A stretch of 64,000 bases of DNA from Escherichia phage HY03, in sequence record NC_031047.1; one strand, written 5' to 3'. The notes beneath the pieces are model-generated. The model searched no databases and was not told the DNA's origin. It saw nothing but the letters and a program-made list of their open reading frames with translations. Positions 1 through 10,577 of this stretch are shown one piece after another. The stretch's first letter is position 1, and each line of letters begins with the position of its first letter. A program made the translations under genes and the position numbers.

Positions 1-1051
<1,051 letters not shown>

Positions 1052-1111
1052 TTGCTTACATATTCAAATGATATAATTATTTAACTTATTAATGAATTGA
1101 AAGGAAAAATA

Positions 1112-1630
1112 ATGGCTTACTTTAACGAATGTAGTCAACTGATCGAAGGCGCTGATAAAGCTCAAAATGAATACTGGGATATTCTTGGTGATGAAAAAGA
1201 CCCGCTGCAGGTAATGCTTGACATGCAGAAATCTCTGCAGATTCGTTTAGCTAAAGATAAACCTGAATATAACCGTCATCCTGATGATTTGGCTACCGCA
1301 GGTGAAGTTGTTGATTGGCTGCGCAATCAGAAAGACTATATTGATGATGAATTCCGCGAACTTCTGACTTCTCTTGGTGGTATGAGCAATGGCGAAAAAG
1401 ATGCATCTGCTGTATGGAAACCTTGGAAGTCGCAGCATGGTGAACGCCGTGAAACTCTGATTACTGATTTGTCTCCACAAGACCAATTGGAAATTAAATT
1501 TGAAATGATTGATATTCTCCATTTCGTTCTGAACATGTTCCAAGGTCTTGGTCTTACAGCAGAAGAAATTTTTAAACTTTATTATCTGAAAAATGCTGAA
1601 AACTTTGCTCGTCAAGACCGAGGTTATTAA
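1112..1630 (+). CDS. 56: dCTP/dCDP pyrophosphatase gp56
   Basis: 172 aa from ATG 1112 (SD GGAAAAA upstream), MAYFNEC...FARQDRGY; matches recalled T4 gp56. ORF-track start 1097 is TTG. Confidence 0.9.
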   Translation: MAYFNECSQLIEGADKAQNEYWDILGDEKDPLQVMLDMQKSLQIRLAKDKPEYNRHPDDLATAGEVVDWLRNQKDYIDDEFRELLTSLGGMSNGEKDASAVWKPWKSQHGERRETLITDLSPQDQLEIKFEMIDILHFVLNMFQGLGLTAEEIFKLYYLKNAENFARQDRGY

Positions 1631-1830
1631 TGGCTCGTTTAAATAAACGTCAACTTAAGAAAGCCCACAAGAAACGTATTGACCAGCTATTTAAAAATTA
1701 TGACAAGGAGCTCACATACGAGCTCTTATCTAATCAGCTCCACAAAGCTTACACAATTAAAACTGGACATATACAATTAGGTAAGGTGCATGAAGAAGCC
1801 TTAAAATTAATTATAGAGCATTCAAAATGA
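1630..1830 (+). CDS. small early hypothetical protein (soc.2 position)
   Basis: 66-aa basic ORF, ATGA overlap with gene 56 stop. Confidence 0.5.
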   Translation: MARLNKRQLKKAHKKRIDQLFKNYDKELTYELLSNQLHKAYTIKTGHIQLGKVHEEALKLIIEHSK

Positions 1831-2036
1831 AATTTGATTTTTATGCATGGCAAAAAGCCGGGAGACCGGCTAGTCGAGCATTTGGTTCTGATGGATATAA
1901 TATTAGAGCTCATTGGAAGTTTAATGCTCCAGCCGATTATTCTCCGGTAATTATTAACGGTGATGTTGTTATATTAACTAAAATTGGGTATTTTAACGTT
2001 CCGCAAGAATTTATTATAAATAATCATGTAATTTAA
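1827..2036 (+). CDS. small early hypothetical protein (soc.1 position)
   Basis: 69-aa ORF, ATGA overlap with the upstream ORF. Confidence 0.5.
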   Translation: MKFDFYAWQKAGRPASRAFGSDGYNIRAHWKFNAPADYSPVIINGDVVILTKIGYFNVPQEFIINNHVI

Positions 2037-2052
2037 ATAAAAGGAGAATTAC

Positions 2053-2295
2053 ATGGCTAGTACTCGCGGTTATGTTAATATTAAAACATTTGAGCAGAAA
2101 TTAGATGGAAATAAGAAAATTGAAGGAAAGGAAATTTCTGTAGCTTTCCCTCTTTATTCTGACGTTCATAAAATTTCTGGTGCTCATTACCAGACATTCC
2201 CTTCAGAAAAAGCAGCATACACTACTGTGTATGAAGAAAATCAACGTGATGCATGGATTACTGCAAACGAAGATTTGTGGAAAGTAACTGGTTAA
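2053..2295 (+). CDS. soc: Soc small outer capsid protein
   Basis: 80 aa, MASTRGYVNIKTFEQKLDG...; matches recalled T4 Soc; SD AAGGAGAA upstream. Confidence 0.95.
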   Translation: MASTRGYVNIKTFEQKLDGNKKIEGKEISVAFPLYSDVHKISGAHYQTFPSEKAAYTTVYEENQRDAWITANEDLWKVTG

Positions 2296-2302
2296 TAATT
2301 CA

Positions 2303-2330
2303 AGGACTCCTTCGGGAGTCCTTTTTTCAT
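2303..2330 (+). terminator. Rho-independent terminator after soc (AGGACUCC-UUCG-GGAGUCCU hairpin plus U run)
   Basis: 8-bp GC-rich stem, UUCG tetraloop, TTTTTT at 2322..2327. Confidence 0.8.
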
Positions 2331-2337
2331 TTTACCG

Positions 2338-2367
2338 GTTTACTTTCCAAAATGAGTATGGTATAAT
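2338..2367 (+). promoter_or_regulatory. T4-type early promoter (GTTTAC -35, 18-nt spacer, TATAAT -10)
   Basis: GTTTAC 2338..2343, TATAAT 2362..2367; upstream of ORF 2394. Confidence 0.7.
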
Positions 2368-2393
2368 AGAATTATCTTATAGAGGAGAGCACT

Positions 2394-2600
2394 ATGTTAA
2401 ATCGCTGGATTAAACCGAATGAAGATTTAGATATTATCATTTCACGACATGTAATGAAAAAATATGAACTGCAGCCATGGTCTACAGAAGTTGTTGTGCA
2501 TTCATTTATGATGTACGCAGATGGTTCTGTCGAATTTAATGCAGAGATTCGATATGATTATGGTGAGAAGCAAGTTGAATTCAAGAGAGGCTTTTTGTAA
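2394..2600 (+). CDS. hypothetical early protein
   Basis: 68-aa ORF with SD AGAGGAGAG before ATG. Confidence 0.55.
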   Translation: MLNRWIKPNEDLDIIISRHVMKKYELQPWSTEVVVHSFMMYADGSVEFNAEIRYDYGEKQVEFKRGFL

Positions 2601-2941
2601 TGTTTATCTTTAATTGGTTTAAAAGTTTCTTTACGGATTTTTTCTCTACAGCTCCTGGAGAAGGTTTAGTTCCTATTTCAAACGACTACCTTCCTTTAAC
2701 TGTAGTTGAATATGTTTATATGGGAGATGGAACAGTAGAAGCAGTTACTATGACTTATGAAGAAGCCCAAGAATATTATAAAAATCCTTGGCGTTGGTCA
2801 GTACCTACTACATCATCTAATGCACAGAATACACAGTCTAGTTCTGACTCATATGACACTAATGTTCCTGTTCATGTATGGGCGGGCGATTCATGTGGAA
2901 GTTCTTGTGATTCTAGTTGTTCATCTACATCTTGTGATTGA
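2600..2941 (+). CDS. hypothetical protein with Cys/Ser-rich C-terminal tail
   Basis: 113 aa, ends ...[19 protein letters not shown]; TAATG overlap with upstream ORF. Confidence 0.5.
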   Translation: MFIFNWFKSFFTDFFSTAPGEGLVPISNDYLPLTVVEYVYMGDGTVEAVTMTYEEAQEYYKNPWRWSVPTTSSNAQNTQSSSDSYDTNVPVHVWAGDSCGSSCDSSCSSTSCD

Positions 2942-3435
2942 GGAAAATTATGGAAGCGATTTTGTTTGAAATGTATATTAGCAGTAATAGTATGTCGTTT
3001 GTCAAGGATGTTCCAATTACCGTAGCAGTAATGATTGATAAAAGATATGATAATAACATGTATCTAGTAGAAGATTTTATTTCAATGCCAGTTCCAGAAG
3101 ATGTTGAAATAAAACTTAAAAAGATCGGAATTATTGAAACTGTACGAAATTCTCCATTTATGTCAATTCAAGCATTTACTAAATCTAACTATATTGATGT
3201 TGCTGAAGCATATTATAATAATAAACCGTTATCCTTCTATTCATATGATTCAATATATGATTGGAAAATAGATAAAGGAAATAAATTTATAATTACGGAC
3301 GAAAGCGCGCTATCATATTTTATTACCTCTTTATGGAATAATTTAAATCCAAATTTGCTAAAAATTCATAAATTTAACGATGCTCCTACTATTGTTTTAG
3401 GTAAAATAAATGAAAGCTTTCAAGAAGATTCTTGA
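2938..3435 (+). CDS. hypothetical early protein (mrh-region ORF)
   Basis: 165-aa ORF in the soc-modB interval. Confidence 0.5.
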   Translation: MRKIMEAILFEMYISSNSMSFVKDVPITVAVMIDKRYDNNMYLVEDFISMPVPEDVEIKLKKIGIIETVRNSPFMSIQAFTKSNYIDVAEAYYNNKPLSFYSYDSIYDWKIDKGNKFIITDESALSYFITSLWNNLNPNLLKIHKFNDAPTIVLGKINESFQEDS

Positions 3436-3613
3436 ATGGTTCAATAGACCAAACTCAATGTACATTGATGATGGTTGGGTTGAACAGGCAAATAAAGAAA
3501 TGCAGAACGAATCGGAAGAATGGATGAAATCAATGATTAGTGCTGAGAAAGAAAAGAAATTAGAACGCTCAGCGCTTAAATTGATGAGAGACATCTATGG
3601 GGATAAATCGTGA
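3410..3613 (+). CDS. hypothetical small protein
   Basis: 67-aa ORF, AGGT 7 nt before ATG. Confidence 0.4.
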   Translation: MKAFKKILEWFNRPNSMYIDDGWVEQANKEMQNESEEWMKSMISAEKEKKLERSALKLMRDIYGDKS

Positions 3614-3774
3614 ACAGAGATATGACGTTAGAAGAGGCCAAGGCTAAAGCAAATGAAGCACTGGATTTGCTTCTTAAAATTGGCAGTAAAATGATGGAAG
3701 AAAATGAGAAATATATCCAGGAAAACAAAATTCCCGATGGTCCATTAGTAGGCAAAAGGAAATCACATGATTGA
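3610..3774 (+). CDS. hypothetical small protein (GTG start; alternative ATG at 3622)
   Basis: 54-codon ORF filling the gap 3613..3767; stop overlaps next ATG. Confidence 0.3.
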   Translation: MNRDMTLEEAKAKANEALDLLLKIGSKMMEENEKYIQENKIPDGPLVGKRKSHD

Positions 3775-4237
3775 AGTAGCAAAACACTATTCAATAGAAT
3801 TTATGTCTAAAGAAGGTAAATCAGTAAATACGCTTGATAAAAATTGCTCATTGATTATTCCTTTAGCAGAAAATCCGGATATTTTAATTAAAGATATAAA
3901 AGAAAGAAAATATCCAGAAAATATTATTCTAATTATAAAGCATACTGAAGATATTTTGCAGAATACTGATTCACCGTTTTCTTCTTCTGAAGCTTTAACT
4001 ATTAAAGGCTATAAAAGAGCTCATGAATATGGTCTTTTTGACCTGTTTGAAGACGATAAAGTTAAATTAGCGAGTCAACCTTCTAAAAGTAAAACATTCA
4101 TTATTGAAGATATTAAAGATATAAATGCATTTGTTAGGATGGTCTGGGCTCATTTTGATGTTGGACTACGCTGGAGAATGTCCGAAGAAGAAAGAAAGAT
4201 TGCTGAAGCTAATCGTCATTTTGGTTTTTATCGCTAG
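3767..4237 (+). CDS. hypothetical early protein
   Basis: 156-aa ORF, SD AAGGA before ATG. Confidence 0.5.
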   Translation: MIEVAKHYSIEFMSKEGKSVNTLDKNCSLIIPLAENPDILIKDIKERKYPENIILIIKHTEDILQNTDSPFSSSEALTIKGYKRAHEYGLFDLFEDDKVKLASQPSKSKTFIIEDIKDINAFVRMVWAHFDVGLRWRMSEEERKIAEANRHFGFYR

Positions 4238-4245
4238 GAATTAAT

Positions 4246-4428
4246 ATGGATTTATTTGAGATGTTAGAAGATAATCATTCTACGAATAACCAGAATGATT
4301 CTAGTGATTATAAGAAAGAGTACCGTATAGTATTACAGAATTATGGAATTGAAGCCCCAGATGCTCTTCTAGAAGAACTAGCTTCATACCATCTTGACCC
4401 TCCGCCTTGGGCTCCCTGGGCAAAATAA
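4246..4428 (+). CDS. hypothetical small acidic protein
   Basis: 60-aa ORF. Confidence 0.4.
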   Translation: MDLFEMLEDNHSTNNQNDSSDYKKEYRIVLQNYGIEAPDALLEELASYHLDPPPWAPWAK

Positions 4429-4439
4429 TTCAAAAAGTT

Positions 4440-4469
4440 GTTTACTTTCCTTTCTAACGATGATATGAT
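4440..4469 (+). promoter_or_regulatory. T4-type early promoter upstream of modB
   Basis: GTTTAC 4440..4445, TATGAT 4464..4469. Confidence 0.6.
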
Positions 4470-4495
4470 AGCTTCTGAAGTATACGGAGGCTATC

Positions 4496-5119
4496 ATGAT
4501 TATTAATCTTGCAGATGTTGAACAGTTATCTATAAAAGCTGAAAGCGTTGATTTTCAATATGATATGTATAAAAAAGTCTGTGAAAAATTTACTGACTTT
4601 GAGCAGTCAATTCTTTGGCAGTGTATGGAAGCCAAAAAGAATGAAGCTCTTCATCGGCAATTGAATAAAATCATTAAAAAGCATTTAACTAAATCACCAT
4701 ATCAGTTATATCGTGGTATATCAAAATCAACAGAAGAACTTATTAAAGATTTACAAGTTGGAGAAGTGTTTTCAACGAACAGGGTAGATTCATTTACTAC
4801 TAGTTTGCACACAGCATGTGGTTTTTCTTATGTTGAGTATTTCACTGAAATAATATTTCGCTTAAAAACTGATAAAGCTTTTAATTATTCTGACCATATC
4901 AGCGACATTATACTTTCTTCTCCTAATACTGAGTTTAAGTATACATATGAAGATACTGATGGATTAGATTCAGAACGTACTGATAACTTAATGATGATTG
5001 TGCGTGAACAAGAATGGATGATTCCAATTGGAAAGTATAGAATAACTTCTATTTCAAAAGAAAAATTACACGATTCATTTGGAACATTTAAAGTGTATGA
5101 TATTGAGGTAGTTGAATGA
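4496..5119 (+). CDS. modB: ModB mono-ADP-ribosyltransferase
   Basis: 207 aa; Arg (LYRG), S-T-x and EQEWMIP motifs of the R-S-E ART family; length and order (modB before modA) as recalled for T4. Confidence 0.75.
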   Translation: MIINLADVEQLSIKAESVDFQYDMYKKVCEKFTDFEQSILWQCMEAKKNEALHRQLNKIIKKHLTKSPYQLYRGISKSTEELIKDLQVGEVFSTNRVDSFTTSLHTACGFSYVEYFTEIIFRLKTDKAFNYSDHISDIILSSPNTEFKYTYEDTDGLDSERTDNLMMIVREQEWMIPIGKYRITSISKEKLHDSFGTFKVYDIEVVE

Positions 5120-5718
5120 AATATTCAGCAATGCAATTAAAAGATTTTAAAATCAAATCAATGGATGCATCGGTGCGTGCTTCTATTCGTGAAGAATTAC
5201 TTTCTGAAGGATTTAATTTATCTGAAATTGAACTTTTAATTCATTGTATTACTAATAAGCCAGACGATCATTCTTGGTTAAATGAAATAATCAAATCTCG
5301 TTTGGTTCCAAACGATAAACCTCTTTGGAGAGGTGTTCCAGTTGAGACTAAACAGGTGTTAAATCAAGGAATTGATATTATTACATTTGATAAAGTAGTA
5401 TCAGCTTCATATGATAAAAATATAGCTCTACATTTTGCTTCCGGTTTAGAGTATAACACACAAGTTATTTTTGAATTCAAAGCTCCTATGGTATTCAATT
5501 TCCAGGAGTATGCTATAAAAGCTCTACGCTGTAAAGAATATAGTCCAAGTTTTAAGTTTCCGGATAGCCATCGTTATCGTAATATGGAATTAGTTTCAGA
5601 TGAACAAGAAGTAATGATACCAGCTGGAAGTGTATTTAGAATTGCAGATAGATATGAGTACAAAAAGTATTCAACATATACTATCTATACTCTTGATTTT
5701 GAAGGATTTAATCTATAA
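5116..5718 (+). CDS. modA: ModA mono-ADP-ribosyltransferase
   Basis: 200 aa; LWRG...SASYD...EQEVMIPAGS motifs; paralog of ModB. Confidence 0.75.
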   Translation: MKYSAMQLKDFKIKSMDASVRASIREELLSEGFNLSEIELLIHCITNKPDDHSWLNEIIKSRLVPNDKPLWRGVPVETKQVLNQGIDIITFDKVVSASYDKNIALHFASGLEYNTQVIFEFKAPMVFNFQEYAIKALRCKEYSPSFKFPDSHRYRNMELVSDEQEVMIPAGSVFRIADRYEYKKYSTYTIYTLDFEGFNL

Positions 5719-5774
5719 TGGAAGGACTTAGATTCATTATACCATGAAAGTTTTAAAGCATTTTTCATAAAGTT

Positions 5775-5805
5775 GTTTACAAGCTGAAGTAAAAATGTTA
5801 TAGTA
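5775..5805 (+). promoter_or_regulatory. T4-type early promoter upstream of srd
   Basis: GTTTAC 5775..5780, TG-n-TATAGT about 18 nt downstream. Confidence 0.55.
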
Positions 5806-5834
5806 TAAGTAGTTAACCCGTCCGTGAGAAAAAT

Positions 5835-6581
5835 ATGAAGCTGTCTAATAACCAAATTCGTAAAATTAAACGTCGTCTAGAGCATACTCAGGCATCTGCA
5901 AAAAGACGTTCTAAAGATTTTAACTTAGACTTCAATTACATTAAGAACATTTTAGATCAAAAAGTTTGTGCTTACTCGGGAGAACCTTTTGATAATCGTA
6001 TTGAAGGAGAGAAATTATCGTTAGAACGTTTTGATAATAACGTTGGATACATTAAAGGGAATGTTATTGCAGTAAAGAAAAAGTATAATACATTTCGTTC
6101 TGATTATACTTTAGAAGAGTTGATTGAAAAGCGTGATTTATTTGCTTTGCGAATTGGTCGTTCATCTGCGAAAAAAGTTCATAAACTAAATTTAGATGAA
6201 AAGAAATGGGCTAAAATCAAAAAGACTTATAATCAAATTAAAGCTATACAGAAAAAACGTGAAAACCGAATTGAACACATTTCTCAGCTTTCTAAATCAA
6301 AACAGACCTCTGACATTAAGCTAAGAATTATAGCACTTAAAGCACGTATTGATGGTTCTCGCATAGCAGAAGGCGCTGAAGTTGTTAAATTGAACGTTCT
6401 TCTTAAAGGCTCGGATTGGAAAATTGTGAAAAAGCTGTCAGAAGCAGAAATGCAATATGATATGTGTGATAAAATTATTCAAGGTGTAGAGCGGTATCAA
6501 AATTTGTCTTTTATTGATAAACTTAAACTGAAAAGAGGATACCCGCTAAATTGTTCAATTTTTAAACTTATCCGAGGATAA
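5835..6581 (+). CDS. srd: Srd-like protein
   Basis: 248-aa basic ORF at the T4 srd position between modA and dda; assignment by synteny and length. Confidence 0.55.
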   Translation: MKLSNNQIRKIKRRLEHTQASAKRRSKDFNLDFNYIKNILDQKVCAYSGEPFDNRIEGEKLSLERFDNNVGYIKGNVIAVKKKYNTFRSDYTLEELIEKRDLFALRIGRSSAKKVHKLNLDEKKWAKIKKTYNQIKAIQKKRENRIEHISQLSKSKQTSDIKLRIIALKARIDGSRIAEGAEVVKLNVLLKGSDWKIVKKLSEAEMQYDMCDKIIQGVERYQNLSFIDKLKLKRGYPLNCSIFKLIRG

Positions 6582-6582
6582 T

Positions 6583-6894
6583 ATGGTTTATGTATATGCG
6601 ATAGTTTACCGAGACAAAGACGGATTTACGGCGCCAGTTCCACTTGATGAACATCGTCCTGCTGTATTTTTTGAATGGAAGATTGCTGATAAAGTATTTA
6701 CCACTCTTAAAGAGCAGTATCGACTAGCTTTAGGTAAAGGAATTCCAAGATTAGTTGAGACTCCACGTAAATTTTGGTTTAATAAAATAGAAGTTAAACA
6801 TGTTAAGCCTGATGTAGATACACAAAGATTATATCAACGAATTCTAGATACTGGGCGTATTGTTAGTATTCCAATTGCAGGGACTTTCCGATGA
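6583..6894 (+). CDS. hypothetical protein (dda.1 position)
   Basis: 103-aa ORF, ATGA overlap with dda start. Confidence 0.5.
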   Translation: MVYVYAIVYRDKDGFTAPVPLDEHRPAVFFEWKIADKVFTTLKEQYRLALGKGIPRLVETPRKFWFNKIEVKHVKPDVDTQRLYQRILDTGRIVSIPIAGTFR

Positions 6895-8210
6895 CATTTG
6901 ATGATTTGACAGAAGGCCAGAAAAATGCCTTTAACATCGTTATGAGGGCTATTAAAGAAAAGAAACATCATGTAACTATTAATGGACCTGCTGGTACCGG
7001 TAAGACTACTCTTACTAAGTTCATCATTGAAGCTTTAATATCTACGGGTGAAACTGGTATTATTTTAGCAGCTCCTACTCATGCAGCTAAAAAGATTCTT
7101 TCAAAACTATCAGGGAAAGAAGCAAGTACTATTCATAGCATTCTTAAAATTAACCCAGTAACATATGAAGAAAATGTCCTCTTTGAGCAGAAGGAAGTAC
7201 CAGATTTAGCTAAATGCAGGGTATTAATCTGCGATGAAGTGTCAATGTATGATAGAAAGCTATTTAAAATTCTGCTTTCAACTATTCCACCTTGGTGTAC
7301 TATAATTGGAATAGGGGATAATAAGCAAATTAGACCTGTTGACCCAGGAGAAAACACTGCTTATATCAGTCCATTCTTTACACACAAAGATTTTTATCAG
7401 TGTGAACTCACTGAAGTTAAACGCAGTAATGCTCCTATTATTGATGTAGCTACTGACGTTCGCAACGGTAAGTGGATTTATAATAAAATTGTTGACGGGC
7501 ATGGAGTACGTGGATTTACTGGTGATACCGCTTTACGCGATTTTATGGTAAATTATTTTTCAATCGTCAAATCTCTAGATGATTTGTTTGAAAATCGTGT
7601 AATGGCATTTACGAATAAATCTGTTGATAAGTTAAATAGCATTATTCGTAAAAAGATTTTTGAAACTGATAAAGATTTTATTGTCGGTGAAATTATTGTA
7701 ATGCAGGAACCATTAATTAAAACATATAAAATTGATGGAAAGCCTGTGTCAGAAATTATTTTTAATAACGGACAATTAGTTCGTATTATAGAAGCAGAGT
7801 ATACATCAACATTTGTTAAAGCTCGTGGTGTTTCTGGAGAATATCTAATTCGTCATTGGGATTTAACAGTAGAAACTTACGGCGATGATGAATATTATCG
7901 TGAAAAGATTAAAATAATTTCATCTGATGAAGAGCTGTATAAGTTTAACTTATTTTTAGGTAAAACTGCAGAAACTTACAAAAATTGGAATAAAGGTGGA
8001 AAAGCTCCGTGGAGTGATTTTTGGGATGCTAAATCACAGTTTAGTAAAGTGAAAGCACTTCCTGCATCAACATTCCATAAAGCTCAGGGTATGTCTGTAG
8101 ACCGTGCTTTCATTTATACGCCTTGTATTCATTATGCAGATGCTGAATTGGCCCAACAACTTCTTTATGTTGGTGTTACCCGTGGTCGTTATGATGTATT
8201 TTATGTATGA
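6891..8210 (+). CDS. dda: Dda DNA helicase (SF1B)
   Basis: 439 aa; Walker A GPAGTGKT, DEVSM; matches recalled T4 Dda nearly identically. Confidence 0.95.
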   Translation: MTFDDLTEGQKNAFNIVMRAIKEKKHHVTINGPAGTGKTTLTKFIIEALISTGETGIILAAPTHAAKKILSKLSGKEASTIHSILKINPVTYEENVLFEQKEVPDLAKCRVLICDEVSMYDRKLFKILLSTIPPWCTIIGIGDNKQIRPVDPGENTAYISPFFTHKDFYQCELTEVKRSNAPIIDVATDVRNGKWIYNKIVDGHGVRGFTGDTALRDFMVNYFSIVKSLDDLFENRVMAFTNKSVDKLNSIIRKKIFETDKDFIVGEIIVMQEPLIKTYKIDGKPVSEIIFNNGQLVRIIEAEYTSTFVKARGVSGEYLIRHWDLTVETYGDDEYYREKIKIISSDEELYKFNLFLGKTAETYKNWNKGGKAPWSDFWDAKSQFSKVKALPASTFHKAQGMSVDRAFIYTPCIHYADAELAQQLLYVGVTRGRYDVFYV

Positions 8211-8216
8211 TTAAAT

Positions 8217-8477
8217 TTGAGGAAGCTATTCGTGGAAATAACTAAAGATCAGTTTTATCTTCTTCAAGATAAAGTTAGCGAAATTTATGAAATTGCTCAT
8301 GGTAAAAATCGTAAAACTGTAAAAATTGAATCTAGTAAGTTGATGCTTCAATTAGAAGAAATTGAACGAGATTTAATTGCGTTAGAATTCTTTTGTGGTG
8401 AAGTGAAAACTGTTACAATTAATGATTATGTTTTAGGCGAAATTAGCTATCTTTATGAGGCGGTTATTAATGATTGA
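8217..8477 (+). CDS. hypothetical protein (dexA.2 position); start may be GTG 8231
   Basis: 86-aa ORF; paralog of the next ORF. Confidence 0.45.
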   Translation: MRKLFVEITKDQFYLLQDKVSEIYEIAHGKNRKTVKIESSKLMLQLEEIERDLIALEFFCGEVKTVTINDYVLGEISYLYEAVIND

Positions 8478-8712
8478 ATTAAGTTGGTGGCAGTTTAAAT
8501 CTCTTATAACAAATGTTAAAGATGTCATTGAAGAAAATCCAGGTCCTGAAAATATTACTATTCGCGAAAAAGCTTCAAAGATAGTATACAGTCTTGAAGA
8601 GATACAAAAAGACATTGAATCTGTGGCAAAATTTATTGATGAGCCCATTAATAAAGTTTATATTCAAGACTATACTGTAGGTCAAATTCGCGATTTAGCA
8701 AGGAAAATTTAA
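8455..8712 (+). CDS. hypothetical protein (dexA.1 position); start may be ATG 8470
   Basis: 85-aa ORF; shares LEEI(E/Q)(R/K)D and (N/Q)DY(V/T)(L/V)G(E/Q)I motifs with ORF 8217. Confidence 0.45.
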   Translation: MRRLLMIELSWWQFKSLITNVKDVIEENPGPENITIREKASKIVYSLEEIQKDIESVAKFIDEPINKVYIQDYTVGQIRDLARKI

Positions 8713-9395
8713 TGTTTGATTTTATTATAGATTTTGAAACAATGGGAAGTGGTGAAAAGGCAGCTGTTATTGATTTGGCTGTTATTGCCTTTGACCCTAA
8801 TCCAGAAGTAGTTGAAACATTTGATGAATTAGTTTCACGTGGCATTAAAATCAAATTTGATTTAAAAAGCCAAAAAGGACATCGTCTTTTTACTAAAAGC
8901 ACTATTGAATGGTGGAAAAATCAGTCTCCTGAAGCTCGAAAAAATATTGCACCATCAGATGAAGATGTAAGCACCATTGATGGTATTGCAAAATTTAATG
9001 ATTACATCAATGCACATAACATCGATCCTTGGAAATCTCAAGGCTGGTGCCGTGGAATGTCGTTTGATTTTCCAATTTTAGTCGATCTCATTCGCGATAT
9101 TCAACGTCTTAACGGCGTTTCCGAGAATGAGCTTGATACATTTAAGTTAGAACCGTGTAAATTTTGGAATCAGCGTGATATTCGTACCAGAATTGAAGCG
9201 CTTCTACTTGTTCGTGATATGACCACGTGTCCCCTTCCAAAGGGAACTTTAGATGGATTTGTTGCGCATAATTCTATTCATGACTGTGCGAAAGACATCC
9301 TGATGATGAAGTATGCTTTGCGATACGCTATGGGTCTTGAAGATGCTCCGTCAGAGGAAGATTGCGATCCTCTGTCTCTTCCAACAAAACGATAA
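8712..9395 (+). CDS. dexA: DexA exonuclease A
   Basis: 227 aa, DEDDh-like MFDFIIDFETMG start; matches recalled T4 DexA. Confidence 0.9.
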   Translation: MFDFIIDFETMGSGEKAAVIDLAVIAFDPNPEVVETFDELVSRGIKIKFDLKSQKGHRLFTKSTIEWWKNQSPEARKNIAPSDEDVSTIDGIAKFNDYINAHNIDPWKSQGWCRGMSFDFPILVDLIRDIQRLNGVSENELDTFKLEPCKFWNQRDIRTRIEALLLVRDMTTCPLPKGTLDGFVAHNSIHDCAKDILMMKYALRYAMGLEDAPSEEDCDPLSLPTKR

Positions 9396-9401
9396 AAAGT
9401 T

Positions 9402-9431
9402 GTTTACTTCCTCGGTTAGTTGTGGTATTAT
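9402..9431 (+). promoter_or_regulatory. T4-type early promoter
   Basis: GTTTAC 9402..9407, TATTAT 9426..9431. Confidence 0.65.
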
Positions 9432-9458
9432 AACACCATAGCTACTGAGGATAATAAA

Positions 9459-9959
9459 ATGAAAATTTATCGTGTTGAATCATCGTTTAGTATTCTTAAT
9501 AATGAAGATGCTATAACAATACGTCGAAATCTTTGTGTTCAAATAACGCCGTACAGGAGTATAATAGATTCATGGAGCGAAGAGTGGCTATTACACGTAG
9601 GTTATGACAGACCTAATTTTATGCATCATAGCGATAATAATAAAAGAATTCCTTTACCACACGAAGACAAATTATTAGTTAAAAACGCTAATATAGCAAT
9701 TAATACTAAGTTCAAGAAAGATTATGTTGGAGTAGAATATCATATTCCAGGATGGTTTATAGCTCTTTATCATTTTGCTTTCGCTAGTGAATATGATATG
9801 ATGAGATGGTTCACACGAGAAGAGCGTGAAGAATTATCTTCTAAAGGATTTTATCTTGCTGTATACGAAGTGCCAGATGACCAAGTTATCATTGGCGGAC
9901 ATCAAGTAATGTTCCGTAAATCCCATGCTGAACTTATAGATTTTATTGAAATGAGATAA
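9459..9959 (+). CDS. hypothetical early protein (motB-region)
   Basis: 166 aa from ATG 9459 (ORF-track frame 9420..9959). Confidence 0.5.
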   Translation: MKIYRVESSFSILNNEDAITIRRNLCVQITPYRSIIDSWSEEWLLHVGYDRPNFMHHSDNNKRIPLPHEDKLLVKNANIAINTKFKKDYVGVEYHIPGWFIALYHFAFASEYDMMRWFTREEREELSSKGFYLAVYEVPDDQVIIGGHQVMFRKSHAELIDFIEMR

Positions 9960-9961
9960 TT

Positions 9962-10501
9962 ATGAAATTTAATTATAATCCTGAATACACACCAAATCCG
10001 GTAGCTAAACTGATTGATTTTGATGTTGTAAGCACTTATGTATGCCCTGTTAAACCACTGGAAATTAAGGAACCTACTATGACTACCGCTATTGAAATCG
10101 GCAAAATCTACAAACTGGTTGAAACTGAAATTAAAACTAATGCCTTGATTTCTGGTCATAAAACTCTGACTGATGTTTTTGGCGAAGGCGAGTTTGTGGT
10201 TAAAAGTTTTTCAAAAAGTAATTGGTATGATAAGAATAAAGCTTACGTGATTCGAGCACAACGCTTAGATAATGATGAAGTAATTAAAACTATAGTCTTT
10301 GAAGCAGAGCTTATCCTCTTCCAAGAATGCGATCCTACTGACCTTTTGACTCGTGCTGTAGCTATCAAGACACCATTTATTTCGGTCTGTGGTTGGGTAA
10401 CAGACCAGTGGATTGAAGATGGTGTTGAACTCCTGAACGTTGTTCATGCAGGTGATTTTAGCGTAGTACCTCGTAGTGCAGTAGTAGCTATTTTGAATTA
10501 A
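9962..10501 (+). CDS. hypothetical early protein, paralog of ORF 10578
   Basis: 179 aa; C-terminal ITDQWIEDGVELLNVV resembles ITDQWVEDGVKLYNAV of the next ORF. Confidence 0.5.
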   Translation: MKFNYNPEYTPNPVAKLIDFDVVSTYVCPVKPLEIKEPTMTTAIEIGKIYKLVETEIKTNALISGHKTLTDVFGEGEFVVKSFSKSNWYDKNKAYVIRAQRLDNDEVIKTIVFEAELILFQECDPTDLLTRAVAIKTPFISVCGWVTDQWIEDGVELLNVVHAGDFSVVPRSAVVAILN

Positions 10502-10503
10502 TA

Positions 10504-10533
10504 GTTTACAAACTCTTGGGACCAGAGTATAAT
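10504..10533 (+). promoter_or_regulatory. T4-type early promoter
   Basis: GTTTAC 10504..10509, TATAAT 10528..10533. Confidence 0.7.
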
Positions 10534-10577
10534 GGTCCTGTGGAGTATAAAATCTTTTTAACAAGTGAGAGATAACT

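Noticed and set aside
1247-1615. Minus-strand ORFs inside gene 56, and similar antisense ORFs throughout (e.g. 7133..7502, 8433..8902, 10265..10928, 12562..12852, 13180..13683, 18017..18379, 21665..22588, 45199..46099, 53068..53367, 55110..55397, 56136..56457)
   Set aside because: Each lies wholly within a well-supported + strand gene, lacks SD and promoter context, and is consistent with chance open frames in AT-rich DNA.
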